IMG/VR virus record: IMGVR_UViG_3300045988_172120
Location: 1 to 38,230 of that record
Source: a virus
DNA: 38,230 nt
Direction: 5' to 3' (one strand)
The translations under genes were made by a program, and so were the position numbers. The notes under the pieces were generated by a model. That model ran no database searches, was not told the DNA's origin, and saw nothing but the letters and a program-made list of their open reading frames with translations. The first letter of the stretch is position 1. Each line of letters starts with the position of its first letter. Shown in pieces: positions 22,704-31,854 of the stretch.

Positions 22704-24006
22704 CATCACCCTCGCCATTGTCAATATTATTAGTTTCAGTGTCACCGGACCAAGGGATTTGCATTTTACGGTGAAAATATTTCCGGGTCACGGGATCGTT
22801 CGGATCAACCAAACCCGCCGCAACGGCGTTAGGCCACATCTCAGGTTTTAGTTCACTGTTTGATGCGATGGGGTCGCAGTTGATGAGGGGTACGGGGCCT
22901 TTGTAATCGGGGAATGCTAGGCTTATCAAATCCTCAACAATATATTTTTGCGCTGTCAACGCCACCCAGTCCGCAATGGTTTGCAACGATTGCGTGAAGA
23001 ATGATGATTGTGTGTCCGCCAAAGCGTATGATCCGCCACCATCATCGAGGTTTAGAAAGTGTGCTAGCACGCTTTTGGCGATAGCATCATTGTATGATTT
23101 GATAGCGCCGGAAACATCCGGTAGTTGGCCGGAAACCCCTTTGAACTCGAATGACGCGCCGGGCGGGATTGACACCCCAGCAAAATCATCGGCACGGATA
23201 GCCTCAACTAATTCTTGGCCCCTATCAATCTCGTCTTGCAAATCCTCCGGGCGGCCCAACAGGGTTTCTTTCGATGCGGTGTAGACGGGTATGCCCATGC
23301 CGTTTCTCTCAAGGGTTTTTAATTGTAGCCGTTGCAGTTCGTCTTTGAGTCGCCAAGGTCGATAGCAGGGGCGTAGAATGCTTGTGCCCATCCAGTCGCT
23401 GTTTGTGGGCCTGTAGACGTATCCTACCAGGCTATCAACGGGGATCACGGGGGCAAGGTCGGTGCCGTCTTCCAATCGTACACTCTTTTGCTGAATGGAT
23501 TCTAAGTTACCGTTCTCATCTACATTGATTTTTGAGATGGTGTCAGCCCACCTTGGGGCGAGTTTCACCAGGTGCCAACCGGTTTCGTCTTGTTCGTACA
23601 CTTGTTCAAAGTATGCGAAGCCGAACACCAACGCCAATAGCGCTTGTGGCAGGTGTTCTTGCCATGAAACCCCGCTAGAAAGCCTGGTCACGGGGGGTGA
23701 GTCCACACCAAGAATGGGTAGCTTAAGGTCTTGCGCTACCCGATTCACAACCTCAGGATCAGCCCCGTTCGAATCAATGTGCCACTTGGCACGCAGCACC
23801 GGAAGCGTGCAAGCAGAGTACGCCATTGAGACTTGTTCATCTTCCTTAAGCATTTTATTATAAACCGCGATGTTACGAGGGAACCGTAAGTCGTGGTTCG
23901 TGTCGTTCATCCGCTGGTACCCATGATACCCCCCTGTGGGGGTGGCGGTGCCGATTTCCTTTGTTCGTTTCGGCTTGAACTTTGCAAAGAATTTTCGTAG
24001 CCCCAT
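22693..24006 (-). CDS. Portal protein
   Basis: 437 aa, positioned between the large terminase and the protease. Confidence 0.8.
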   Translation of the reverse strand: MGLRKFFAKFKPKRTKEIGTATPTGGYHGYQRMNDTNHDLRFPRNIAVYNKMLKEDEQVSMAYSACTLPVLRAKWHIDSNGADPEVVNRVAQDLKLPILGVDSPPVTRLSSGVSWQEHLPQALLALVFGFAYFEQVYEQDETGWHLVKLAPRWADTISKINVDENGNLESIQQKSVRLEDGTDLAPVIPVDSLVGYVYRPTNSDWMGTSILRPCYRPWRLKDELQRLQLKTLERNGMGIPVYTASKETLLGRPEDLQDEIDRGQELVEAIRADDFAGVSIPPGASFEFKGVSGQLPDVSGAIKSYNDAIAKSVLAHFLNLDDGGGSYALADTQSSFFTQSLQTIADWVALTAQKYIVEDLISLAFPDYKGPVPLINCDPIASNSELKPEMWPNAVAAGLVDPNDPVTRKYFHRKMQIPWSGDTETNNIDNGEGDVLL

Positions 24007-24037
24007 TATTTCCTATTAACCTTTCAAGTAGTAAACC

Positions 24038-24112
24038 TGCCCACCAGGGCAAACGCCGTTTAAGCCATGTAGCAGCCCCATAGACGGGGTGAGCATTAAG
24101 AATGAACAATCA
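24038..24112. repeat. Conserved ~75-bp intergenic element, copy B
   Basis: Lies in the 159-bp untranslated gap between the TerL stop (24166) and the portal start (24006). It aligns with 9832..9906. Confidence 0.8.
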
Positions 24113-24165
24113 TATAGGCCATGACCAGATAGGCTGTCACACGGCAAACTATGGCGTGACCAAAA

Positions 24166-25725
24166 TCACAAACCACGACGCTTACGCGAAATACGCATCC
24201 TAACCTTAGGGGCACGCCGAACATCCACCTCAGCAGGCTTATAATCCGCAGCCAACAACAGCGCAAACGTTGCAGCAATGATAGGGCACCCAGCCGGATT
24301 ATTCCGCTTCAACGCCTTACCCGAATCCTGAATATCCCTCTCAGAAACCACCGACAGGGCATCAACCCAACGCGAAGACCCATCATGCTTGATCTTCCCA
24401 TCACGCCACAATTGCATAAACAACATATAGGCTTTGGAAACCTCAGTCTTATTAAACCTCGTGGGCTCCAAACCCCGCTGCTCAAACAACACCGTGCACG
24501 TCTCCGCAACACCCTTCTGGTCATAAGCAAACCCAATCGGGTCACGAAGCCCAATCACCCGCTCAATATCACCAACAACCCCCACACGGTCAAACTCATC
24601 ACGGGGGGCAAGGGACAAAAACCATCTCCCATCAGCCATTTTCTCCACGCTTACAAGCGCGCAGCCAACAGCCCCCAAGTCAACATCAATGCCAACAGCA
24701 GACACAGCCCCGACACTACACAGTACGGGATCAGCCACTGTAGCAGCTTCCCAATCGGAATAATCAATAATTGGTGTAAAGTCTTCATCGTCTTCATCAT
24801 TGAACCAGTCGCCCCAACCCAGGCATTCGACACCAAAATTGATCCTACCAATCTCAGTGTTGAGTCGTTTCATTTGTTTTCTAATCTTCGTCTCATCCAT
24901 GATGAACCCGTACGATGGGTTCGCCAGGATCCAGGTTTCTTCAACATCAGGTTTAGCATCACCAGGCGCACGGTATTCTGCCAGGTAGATAGGGTCAACA
25001 GGGTCAGGCCCCGCCAACGCTTGACGCCTCATTGCCGAAATGACCCTGCCGTCCTGGTGGGCTTTGAAAGCCTTATGAACGGCTGAGGTAATATAGAAAA
25101 ACTGCGGATCATCCGCCGCCTGCGTAGTGAAGTTAATAGCCGCCACCGAACCATCAGTCAGGTTATAGGCCTCATCATAGACAACACATGATATTTTCGT
25201 GATACCACGGGCCGTATCATCACCCCGGGTTTGAAAAAAAATCACCCCGCCACACGAAAACTCAAGCACACCCTTGCCCTGCGAACCTGAAAAACGCGTA
25301 AGCATACCAGCCAGCGGGGGGAACGCTTTCACAACCCCAAGCAAATTCAAATAAATACTATTAGCCGTATCCCACAGCTGGGCCGTGTATAGTATGCGCC
25401 AACCGTATTTTATGGCACGATAAAGGCAGATAAGAGAAATGCCCAAACTCTTACCATTCTGCCTAGGAATGATAAGAATGTTGTCAGAGTGAACGTACCG
25501 GCCCACCTCATTCCTGCTGCACATGGCCAAAATATCGTACTCCTGCCACGGCATCAACTCCACCCCAATAATCTTAGCGAAAGCAATAATCTCCCTACCC
25601 TCGCCATGATCGTATGCGGGGGCCTCGCGCAAATTATACGGTGTTTGTTTACCCCTTAAAGTTTTGTGAGCCGATGATTTCGGAAAAGGCTCTCTCTTTA
25701 CCATCGACATAGTAGCTGTCACCAT
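24166..25725 (-). CDS. terL: Terminase large subunit
   Basis: Walker A-like IIPRQNGKS, Walker B-like VVYDEA, a C-terminal nuclease-like region, ~519 aa. The exact start is uncertain (ATG at 25725, 25710 or 25704). It overlaps the TerS ORF by 56-77 nt. Confidence 0.88.
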   Translation of the reverse strand: MVTATMSMVKREPFPKSSAHKTLRGKQTPYNLREAPAYDHGEGREIIAFAKIIGVELMPWQEYDILAMCSRNEVGRYVHSDNILIIPRQNGKSLGISLICLYRAIKYGWRILYTAQLWDTANSIYLNLLGVVKAFPPLAGMLTRFSGSQGKGVLEFSCGGVIFFQTRGDDTARGITKISCVVYDEAYNLTDGSVAAINFTTQAADDPQFFYITSAVHKAFKAHQDGRVISAMRRQALAGPDPVDPIYLAEYRAPGDAKPDVEETWILANPSYGFIMDETKIRKQMKRLNTEIGRINFGVECLGWGDWFNDEDDEDFTPIIDYSDWEAATVADPVLCSVGAVSAVGIDVDLGAVGCALVSVEKMADGRWFLSLAPRDEFDRVGVVGDIERVIGLRDPIGFAYDQKGVAETCTVLFEQRGLEPTRFNKTEVSKAYMLFMQLWRDGKIKHDGSSRWVDALSVVSERDIQDSGKALKRNNPAGCPIIAATFALLLAADYKPAEVDVRRAPKVRMRISRKRRGL

Positions 25726-26113
25726 TATCTTTTTCTTGCCTTATCTGTTTCACAGCATTGATGCGGTGCCGTTCCACATCGTTAATCGTTTTGCGGAACA
25801 AGTCTTCTTGGTTGCGAATCTCCCCCATCAAGGAATCCACGACAACAATGTAGCGGGGTAGCTCGTCATCCTCATCATCAATGTTGTTGGCGTTTTTCTT
25901 AGGTTTTTCTTCCTCAACTTGCTTCACCACACCCCGCACAATCTTGCCGTACTCGCGTTTCAAACGGTCGATTCGGTCGCGTTGTCGGCATGCGATAATG
26001 ATAAGATTTTCCATACTCACGGACTTGGGTTCTTCCCGGTAGGAATCATAAACGAACCTGCCCCCAGACAGCCAATCCTCGGGATATTCCTTACCATCAT
26101 ATATTCTGGCCAT
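25649..26113 (-). CDS. terS: Probable terminase small subunit
   Basis: 154 aa with SD GAGAGG, immediately upstream of TerL. The central region is charged and coiled-coil-like. The call rests on synteny. Confidence 0.55.
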   Translation of the reverse strand: MARIYDGKEYPEDWLSGGRFVYDSYREEPKSVSMENLIIIACRQRDRIDRLKREYGKIVRGVVKQVEEEKPKKNANNIDDEDDELPRYIVVVDSLMGEIRNQEDLFRKTINDVERHRINAVKQIRQEKDNGDSYYVDGKERAFSEIIGSQNFKG

Positions 26114-26132
26114 ATGTTTTACCTCTCAAACT

Positions 26133-26846
26133 CTAGCCCCAAAAACCTGAACCGCCACCACCATCAGGGGCGACAGTCGCGGGTTTCTTACGCATACTCT
26201 CATAGTATTTATCAACACCAAACATGAATGATTTCGGGCGCAGGCGAGCACACCGCTCACGAACAATCGCCTCACCAGGATCAATACGCTTGAACTCGCA
26301 CCCGGCTTCCGCATAGCGCAACAACGCTGATTCGCTGGGGGCGGAGTGAATAATATACACATCCGTCTCGGACTGTTTCAAAGCTTCCTTAATAAGTAGC
26401 AGTCTAGCTTTCCTCACCAGTCTTGCCACCACTTGCGGGTAATCATGATTACCGATAGGGTAGCCGCCAATAAGGTTGCATAGATGGTCATAGTCAATCC
26501 TTATATCCCCGGGTTTCGCATGCTCACTAACCCACGTGGTTTTACCCCCACACGGGGGGCCCATCACAACAATCTTCCGAACCGAACCGGTAGTAACCTC
26601 ACCCCCGCCACGCTGACTGTTGCAAGTGAAATGCAACAAGCGTTCCGGTAGCTCACCATTCTTTGCCCCATGAAAATTTAGGTGGTCAGCAGCCAACGGC
26701 TTACCGTCAAAATTTTTCACAGCAGAAGCATACATTGGCCTGCCACACCACGGGCACGGGGTACCATCACGCAAACGAAGCAACAAACCCTCACGGGCAC
26801 GCTGGTGCATCTTACCATAGCCCCTAGCGCTAGCTGATAAACCCAT
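26133..26846 (-). CDS. HNH endonuclease fused to a P-loop NTPase/kinase-like domain
   Basis: N-terminus: GYGKMHQRARE ... CPWCGRPM ... ADHLNFH ... LLHFTCNSQRGGG (HNH). C-terminus: VVMGPPCGGKTTW (Walker A) ... DVYIIHS (Walker B-like). Confidence 0.75.
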   Translation of the reverse strand: MGLSASARGYGKMHQRAREGLLLRLRDGTPCPWCGRPMYASAVKNFDGKPLAADHLNFHGAKNGELPERLLHFTCNSQRGGGEVTTGSVRKIVVMGPPCGGKTTWVSEHAKPGDIRIDYDHLCNLIGGYPIGNHDYPQVVARLVRKARLLLIKEALKQSETDVYIIHSAPSESALLRYAEAGCEFKRIDPGEAIVRERCARLRPKSFMFGVDKYYESMRKKPATVAPDGGGGSGFWG

Positions 26847-26852
26847 AAAAAT

Positions 26853-26894
26853 ATTCCCCTAAAAAGCGTTTAAACAAACAATTTTCAGGGGAAT
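26853..26894 (-). promoter_or_regulatory. 8-bp inverted repeat attcccct / aggggaat forming a terminator-like hairpin in front of the HNH gene
   Basis: Minus sense reads ATTCCCCT-N26-AGGGGAAT followed by atttttATG. The left arm starts directly after the TATAAT of the promoter at 26895..26916. Confidence 0.5.
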
Positions 26895-26916
26895 ATTATA
26901 TCACGTCACAACAAAA
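26895..26916 (-). promoter_or_regulatory. Late-type extended -10 promoter TTTTGTTGTGACGTGATATAAT
   Basis: TGATATAAT extended -10 box. It shares the TTTTGTTGT box and TATAATATTCC with 22682..22703 and lies upstream of the HNH/terminase genes. Confidence 0.55.
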
Positions 26917-26918
26917 TA

Positions 26919-27509
26919 CTAGTGCTTCCTGCCAGCCCTCCAAGCCCGCACACTGCGCAAATCCACCATCAAAGCACCAAGATGTGACTTGTGCCGTATG
27001 TAATCACGGTTCACAGCCTCAAGAATTGAACTCACGGGGCAACCTATTTTTTCCGCGGCCTCCTGAAACCCAACCCAATCGGGCACATAATCACTATACC
27101 CAAGCATGCGCTTAGAAAACAAGCGTTGTTTAGCCCACGCCTCAAAGATTTCTTCTAGCTCTTCAAAGTCATTATATGCCTGGTTAATAGCATATTCGAC
27201 TTCGAAAACAATATCGTAAACATCATCAGGGGTTAGGCTACTAGCACCCCCAACAACCCGGCCACTACCGGTAACCCAGAAAAACCTTAACCAACCCGAG
27301 GCCATGCACCCACGCGACACCAACACCTGAACCAGCATACCCAAATACTTCAAATCCGCGTCCGGGTAGTCAATAAGCTCAACCGCTAAATCCGCATGGG
27401 TCGCGTCCTGCGTGCGACGGTTACCCACCGACTCAACCAGGCTACGCAAACCAATAAACACCTCACGGGTTTCATGCAGCAATTCTTCTTTCAGATCATA
27501 GTCTACCAT
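26919..27509 (-). CDS. DNA-binding protein with a C-terminal excisionase/MerR-type helix-turn-helix
   Basis: Trimmed to the ATG at 27509, which overlaps the RusA stop (ATGGTAG). The C-terminus FQEAAEKIGCPVSSILEAVNRDYI ... LMVDLRSVRAW is HTH_17-like. Confidence 0.6.
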   Translation of the reverse strand: MVDYDLKEELLHETREVFIGLRSLVESVGNRRTQDATHADLAVELIDYPDADLKYLGMLVQVLVSRGCMASGWLRFFWVTGSGRVVGGASSLTPDDVYDIVFEVEYAINQAYNDFEELEEIFEAWAKQRLFSKRMLGYSDYVPDWVGFQEAAEKIGCPVSSILEAVNRDYIRHKSHLGALMVDLRSVRAWRAGRKH

Positions 27510-27958
27510 GCGATGATCGGGCCTTTCACTGGTTCCACCTGCATAAACACGTTCGGTGGTTCGTTTGGTGCGCAACGGCGCTTAATGGCATGGAGGTCGC
27601 AAACCTGGGAATCGTCCTTGAACACTACCCCTGTGAGAGCATCGAGGATTGCGCGTTCAAGCTTATCAATATCAGGGCGCTGCACCATCTCCAAACCATC
27701 AGTCGGTTTCATTGCCTTGGTGCGGGGCATGGCAAAAATCAGTTTCACCGACATGGGGGTTTTCTCAAGCATTTCTAAACCCCGGTATTGCATGTGCACA
27801 GATGCCGCACTCGCCACATGATCCCGCCACTCTTTCAAACCATCCGCCGATTCTTTCATAACAATCTTCTTGCCCCGAAGAAACGCCACCTTGCTCCCCT
27901 GGGGCTTAGGTACACCATCTGCGGAAAACTGTAGAAAAAAACCCCTAGGCTTCATCAT
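27503..27958 (-). CDS. rusA: RusA-family Holliday junction resolvase
   Basis: VPKPQGS ... RPDIDKLERAILDALTGVVFKDDSQV is the classic RusA signature. Confidence 0.88.
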   Translation of the reverse strand: MMKPRGFFLQFSADGVPKPQGSKVAFLRGKKIVMKESADGLKEWRDHVASAASVHMQYRGLEMLEKTPMSVKLIFAMPRTKAMKPTDGLEMVQRPDIDKLERAILDALTGVVFKDDSQVCDLHAIKRRCAPNEPPNVFMQVEPVKGPIIAW

Positions 27959-28226
27959 GAATCACGCCTTCGTAATCATCATCAACATGAAGGTTAACCT
28001 TATCGTCGGGGTCGGATTCCTCACCGATAAGCCGGTAGATTTCGTCCAACAACATGTCCCGCGCCTTGTCCAAATCCTCAATACGTTTCACCAGGTCAGC
28101 ATGCTTATTCAGCCCATCGAGTCGGCAAGACCGTGCAATATATTGCAGTGCTTGGGCAGCGTTCCCGGTCAAATGCCGTGAAATATCCCACACCTCAACG
28201 TCCCCAAACTTATAGTAATCACCCAT
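27945..28226 (-). CDS. DUF3310-family protein
   Basis: YYKFGDVEVWDI ... GNAAQALQYIARSCR ... DLDKARDML matches the DUF3310 pattern. Confidence 0.65.
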   Translation of the reverse strand: MGDYYKFGDVEVWDISRHLTGNAAQALQYIARSCRLDGLNKHADLVKRIEDLDKARDMLLDEIYRLIGEESDPDDKVNLHVDDDYEGVIHDEA

Positions 28227-28244
28227 GATACTTTCCTTCCTTTC

Positions 28245-29378
28245 TTAGAAAATGTTAATGTTACGTGGCACACCATCAACCGTGATGAATGATAGCACGC
28301 CACCGTATGATGTTGCACCGGTGCGGTTACGGAACCACGTGGATTCCTTTTCCAACGCAGGGGCGCTTACGATCCAACGCTTAGCCGTCCACGATTCGAT
28401 ATGAAAATTATGAAAATGCCCACTGATGAGAATATCCGCTTGGGCTTCCTCACTATCATTAGCAATATGCCCCGACCACCATTTTTCCGCACCACTGATT
28501 TGGCCCTTGAATAAATGCCCGTGCACGATCGTGAACACGGTGCCCCCGCAATCGTAGGTGACGCTGCCCCGGGTTGTTTCTGGGTACAGCCAGCGCACAT
28601 TTTTGCCTACCATCATCGACAGGTCAACCATGCTGAAAGCATCCTGAACAGCGGAAACAATCATGATATCATAATTGTCTGACATGGGGCGGGATTGTTT
28701 GCGCGTGGTTTCACCATGATTCCCCGGTACTACCGACACCACCAAGTCATCAACCCGTGATAGGATTTCCTGAACAGTCCACGACACTAAGTGTTGGCAA
28801 GTGCGTAGCTGTTCCGCAAGGGTAAGGTCGCACTCAGCAATCATCTTACCATCCTGCGAGGTATACCCCTCGATCAAATCGCCGGCAAAAACCAGGTTCA
28901 CCCCACTGATATTCTCATGATGTTCTAAGGCCTGAATCACCCCGGTTTTCCACCGGCCAATCAGGTACTCGGTGCCAGCACCGGCTTCAACACTTTTCCC
29001 AATGTGCGTGTCGGATAGCACAATGGTCAACCAGTTTCCGTCACGTGTGACATTATCCACCGAGTCCAGGTAGATGGAATCCAATAGGTCTTCAATATCA
29101 CTATTGTGTTGTGGCCTTAGAACAACCTTAGCACGATAAGCATGCTGCACCCCATGCCCGGGCACTCCCCAAGCCGAATGCCGAACAGGCCCCTCAACTG
29201 AATACTTCTCAGGATCAAGCCCGAACGCCTCCAACACGTGCCCCCAATCATCCTCCGATGGTGGCGTGGTCCGTGGCGGGGAAGTCACAACACCCTCGAC
29301 ACCATCCATCACCACACCAGGCACAACCCCTTTCGGGGGTGCTGCGAGTAGTTTATCAACATCACCCATATGCTTCAC
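28245..29378 (-). CDS. Calcineurin-like metallophosphoesterase
   Basis: Motifs LSDTHIG, FAGDLIEG, VPGNHGE, VHGH and SGHFH appear in the canonical order. GTG start with SD AAGGAAG. Confidence 0.8.
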   Translation of the reverse strand: MKHMGDVDKLLAAPPKGVVPGVVMDGVEGVVTSPPRTTPPSEDDWGHVLEAFGLDPEKYSVEGPVRHSAWGVPGHGVQHAYRAKVVLRPQHNSDIEDLLDSIYLDSVDNVTRDGNWLTIVLSDTHIGKSVEAGAGTEYLIGRWKTGVIQALEHHENISGVNLVFAGDLIEGYTSQDGKMIAECDLTLAEQLRTCQHLVSWTVQEILSRVDDLVVSVVPGNHGETTRKQSRPMSDNYDIMIVSAVQDAFSMVDLSMMVGKNVRWLYPETTRGSVTYDCGGTVFTIVHGHLFKGQISGAEKWWSGHIANDSEEAQADILISGHFHNFHIESWTAKRWIVSAPALEKESTWFRNRTGATSYGGVLSFITVDGVPRNINIF

Positions 29379-29395
29379 TCTTCCTTAAAAAACTC

Positions 29396-29638
29396 TTAGC
29401 GAACATTGTTGCGCAAATTCGCAACCATTGAGCAGAACGCTTTGTACTGGTGCGGATACGGGTTGCCCTGCAACGATGTGGCAACCAGCCATAAATCATG
29501 CAAAACCACATCATCCCTGGTCAACGCTTCAATCATTGCCCCGCGTTCCTCACCGAAACTATCCAACCACTCGTACGATGTAGGGGGTTTAGGCCCCATG
29601 GCGTCCACCACTGTGGTGAACTGTTCAACCAAACTCAC
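29396..29638 (-). CDS. Hypothetical protein
   Basis: 80-aa ORF with a GTG start, first gene downstream of the consensus promoter at 29687..29715. Confidence 0.6.
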   Translation of the reverse strand: MSLVEQFTTVVDAMGPKPPTSYEWLDSFGEERGAMIEALTRDDVVLHDLWLVATSLQGNPYPHQYKAFCSMVANLRNNVR

Positions 29639-29686
29639 TTCTCAACCTTTTCTTAGCCTCAGAGTTTCCCTTTACTTACGCCATAT

Positions 29687-29715
29687 ATTATACACGAATG
29701 TGACCTACCTGTCAA
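29687..29715 (-). promoter_or_regulatory. Perfect consensus promoter TTGACA-N17-TATAAT
   Basis: Minus sense reads ttgaca (29710..29715), a 17-nt spacer, then tataat (29687..29692), in the gap after the DnaB stop. Confidence 0.8.
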
Positions 29716-29731
29716 GCCGGTGTGATAATAA

Positions 29732-31033
29732 TCACATGTTTTGGGGAAACTCCCTGAACCGCGAATAGTGCAGCTGGTGGGCTATCGTGTGCACGCCCGT
29801 CGCCCCACCACGATTCTTAGCAATGATAATGTCAGCTTCACCAGCGCGTTGATGGTCGGGGTCTTTAGCATCTGGCCTATCAATCAGCAGGATAATATCA
29901 GCATCCTGCTCAATCGCACCGGATTCACGCAGGTCAGAAGCCCTAGGGGTGCCACCGTCCCGGTTCTCGCTATTGCGGTTTAGTTGGGCAACCAGCACAA
30001 TGGGCACATTCAAATCCTTAGCAAGAATTTTAAGCTGACGTGTCATCTGCGCCACCTGCTCTTGCCTCGGAACGTTCACATTGGCGGGGGTGATGAGCTG
30101 CAAATAGTCAACAACTATCAAACGCACATCATTCTTCCGCACCTCAATCTTTGCCCTCGAAACAATATCCATGATTGTCTGGTTAGCGTCATCACTGATA
30201 TAGATAGGGGCAGACGATATTTCCCCAGCCGCCTGTTTCAACACCTCAAACTGATCTACCGACACATGCCCGCCACGAATCGCACTAATATTCGTGGAAG
30301 TTTCCGCGGCCAAAATACGCTGCTGAATCTCCCTCGAAGACATTTCCAACGAAAACATCAAGGTAGCAAGCTTATTCCTGATACTGATTTCCCGCATAAA
30401 ATCAACCGCTAAAGTGGATTTACCGCACCCAGGCCGTGCCGCAACCACAACCAACTGGCCACCCTGCAACCCCTGCAACATTGCGTCAAGCCCGCGAAAC
30501 CCGGTCATAACCCCCTGCGGAAGCGTACCGGCCATAGCATCAGCTAACCAATCCAACGACTCCACAAACTCAATATGCTTCGCCCCACCAGCCGACGACG
30601 ATAACATAATACTATCCAGGCCGTCCCGAACCCTGCCCAAAACATCAGTCGAGGTGACCGACGGTTCCTTGCACAGGGTTTCCATGTGCGCAGCCAGCGA
30701 CCACAGTTGGCGCTTCCGGGAACGCTCCTTGACATTCCCAGCCAAAAATGGTATGTCACTTTTCGTCGTAGCCCTGGATATGAGGTCATGCACCATGGCG
30801 CCATCAACCCGGCCCAGCTCACCCCGCTTCTCCAAACCCCCCAGCACACTAATAGCGTCAACATCCACCCCAGCCATGAACAAATCTTGCATGACCGCAA
30901 ACACTGCTTGGTGTGCCCAGTGCTGAAAATCTTTGGCTTCTACCAGGGTGAACACTTCACCTGACCCCACACCCCCCATCAGTAGGTCACCAAGTAAAGT
31001 TTTTTCCTCATCCAGTGTTAAGGTTTCATTCAC
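29732..31033 (-). CDS. dnaB: DnaB-family replicative helicase
   Basis: Walker A ARPGCGKST, Walker B VVDYLQL, and LAQLNR and ESGAIEQDADI motifs. Start trimmed to the GTG at 31033 (SD GGGGAG), because the ORF-track extension covers a terminator hairpin. Confidence 0.9.
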   Translation of the reverse strand: MNETLTLDEEKTLLGDLLMGGVGSGEVFTLVEAKDFQHWAHQAVFAVMQDLFMAGVDVDAISVLGGLEKRGELGRVDGAMVHDLISRATTKSDIPFLAGNVKERSRKRQLWSLAAHMETLCKEPSVTSTDVLGRVRDGLDSIMLSSSAGGAKHIEFVESLDWLADAMAGTLPQGVMTGFRGLDAMLQGLQGGQLVVVAARPGCGKSTLAVDFMREISIRNKLATLMFSLEMSSREIQQRILAAETSTNISAIRGGHVSVDQFEVLKQAAGEISSAPIYISDDANQTIMDIVSRAKIEVRKNDVRLIVVDYLQLITPANVNVPRQEQVAQMTRQLKILAKDLNVPIVLVAQLNRNSENRDGGTPRASDLRESGAIEQDADIILLIDRPDAKDPDHQRAGEADIIIAKNRGGATGVHTIAHQLHYSRFREFPQNM

Positions 31034-31049
31034 GCGCTTTTCTCCCCTG

Positions 31050-31079
31050 AACAAACTAAAGCCCCCACAACAGGGGGGC
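31050..31079 (-). terminator. Intrinsic terminator between nrdH and dnaB
   Basis: Minus sense reads gccccc-ctgttgt-gggggc followed by tttagtttgtt. Confidence 0.6.
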
Positions 31080-31091
31080 AACGAACAACTA

Positions 31092-31364
31092 CTACGACAA
31101 AAGGGCTTTACGGTATTCCATCAAACGAAGACGGTTAAAACCACCATGCGCATGCTCCCTTAAACCATCCTTAACAAGCACCACGATCGGGGCTTGCTGA
31201 ACACCATCAGCAACAGCCTGAGCTAGGACATTATCGTCAATGGGGGCGTATTCTACCGGAACATCAGGGTGCTTGTCAAACCATTTTTTCACCGCGTCAC
31301 ACTGTGGGCAGGCTGGTTTTGTGAACACAAGTACCATGTTTTCTTTAGAATGGTGGTTGCTCAT
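31092..31364 (-). CDS. nrdH: NrdH-like glutaredoxin
   Basis: CPQC redox motif in VLVFTKPACPQCDAVKKW. Start trimmed to the ATG at 31364 with SD AAGGAGG. Confidence 0.8.
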   Translation of the reverse strand: MSNHHSKENMVLVFTKPACPQCDAVKKWFDKHPDVPVEYAPIDDNVLAQAVADGVQQAPIVVLVKDGLREHAHGGFNRLRLMEYRKALLS

Positions 31365-31854
31365 TGTCGACACCTCCTTGCCATGGTTGTTGTGGTTGGC
31401 GCATTTGTGGCTGCTGTTGCTGCTGGTAGCGCTGCTGTGCACCTATCCAACCTTGCTGTGCCTGCTGTTGTAAACTGCCACCTTGCCCCATGGGTTGGCC
31501 TTGAGCCTGGAATCGTTTCCCTGCCAAATCCAAACCGATAGCGGTTGCGGTTACCTGCAAACTGTGGGCAACCTCACCATTCTTATCCTGGTATTCGTGA
31601 TTCACAAGCCGGCCCGCGATAACAACACGGTCACCCTTATGCAAATTATTAGCAACCGATTCGGCAAGCCGGTCAAAACACGACACCCGAACCCATGTAG
31701 TATCTACCACTTCCCACTCACCAGTGGCCTGGTTCTTCCGCGAATCCGTGTTAGCAACACTGAAGGAACACACCGCCTTCCCCGCTTGCGTGAACCGCAA
31801 TTCCGGGTCGCCGCCAAGGTTGCCGCGGAATGAAACATCAAGACTCATCGTCAT
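31345..31854 (-). CDS. ssb: Single-stranded DNA-binding protein
   Basis: OB-fold N-terminus (FRGNLGGDPELRFTQAGKAVCSFSVA ... WVRVSCFDRLAE), a Q/G-rich linker and an acidic tail ending in DNEQPPF. Start is ATG 31854 or 31848. Confidence 0.9.
   Translation of the reverse strand: MTMSLDVSFRGNLGGDPELRFTQAGKAVCSFSVANTDSRKNQATGEWEVVDTTWVRVSCFDRLAESVANNLHKGDRVVIAGRLVNHEYQDKNGEVAHSLQVTATAIGLDLAGKRFQAQGQPMGQGGSLQQQAQQGWIGAQQRYQQQQQPQMRQPQQPWQGGVDNEQPPF

Noticed and set aside
31034-31081. N-terminal extensions offered by the ORF track (DnaB to 31081, SSB to 31956, chaperone G to 17431, minor tail to 7520, small membrane protein to 33763, 4144..4569, NrdH to 31442).
   Set aside because: The extensions overlap upstream genes or terminator hairpins and lack SD sequences. 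Internal starts have SD motifs or stop/start coupling and yield family-typical N-termini.
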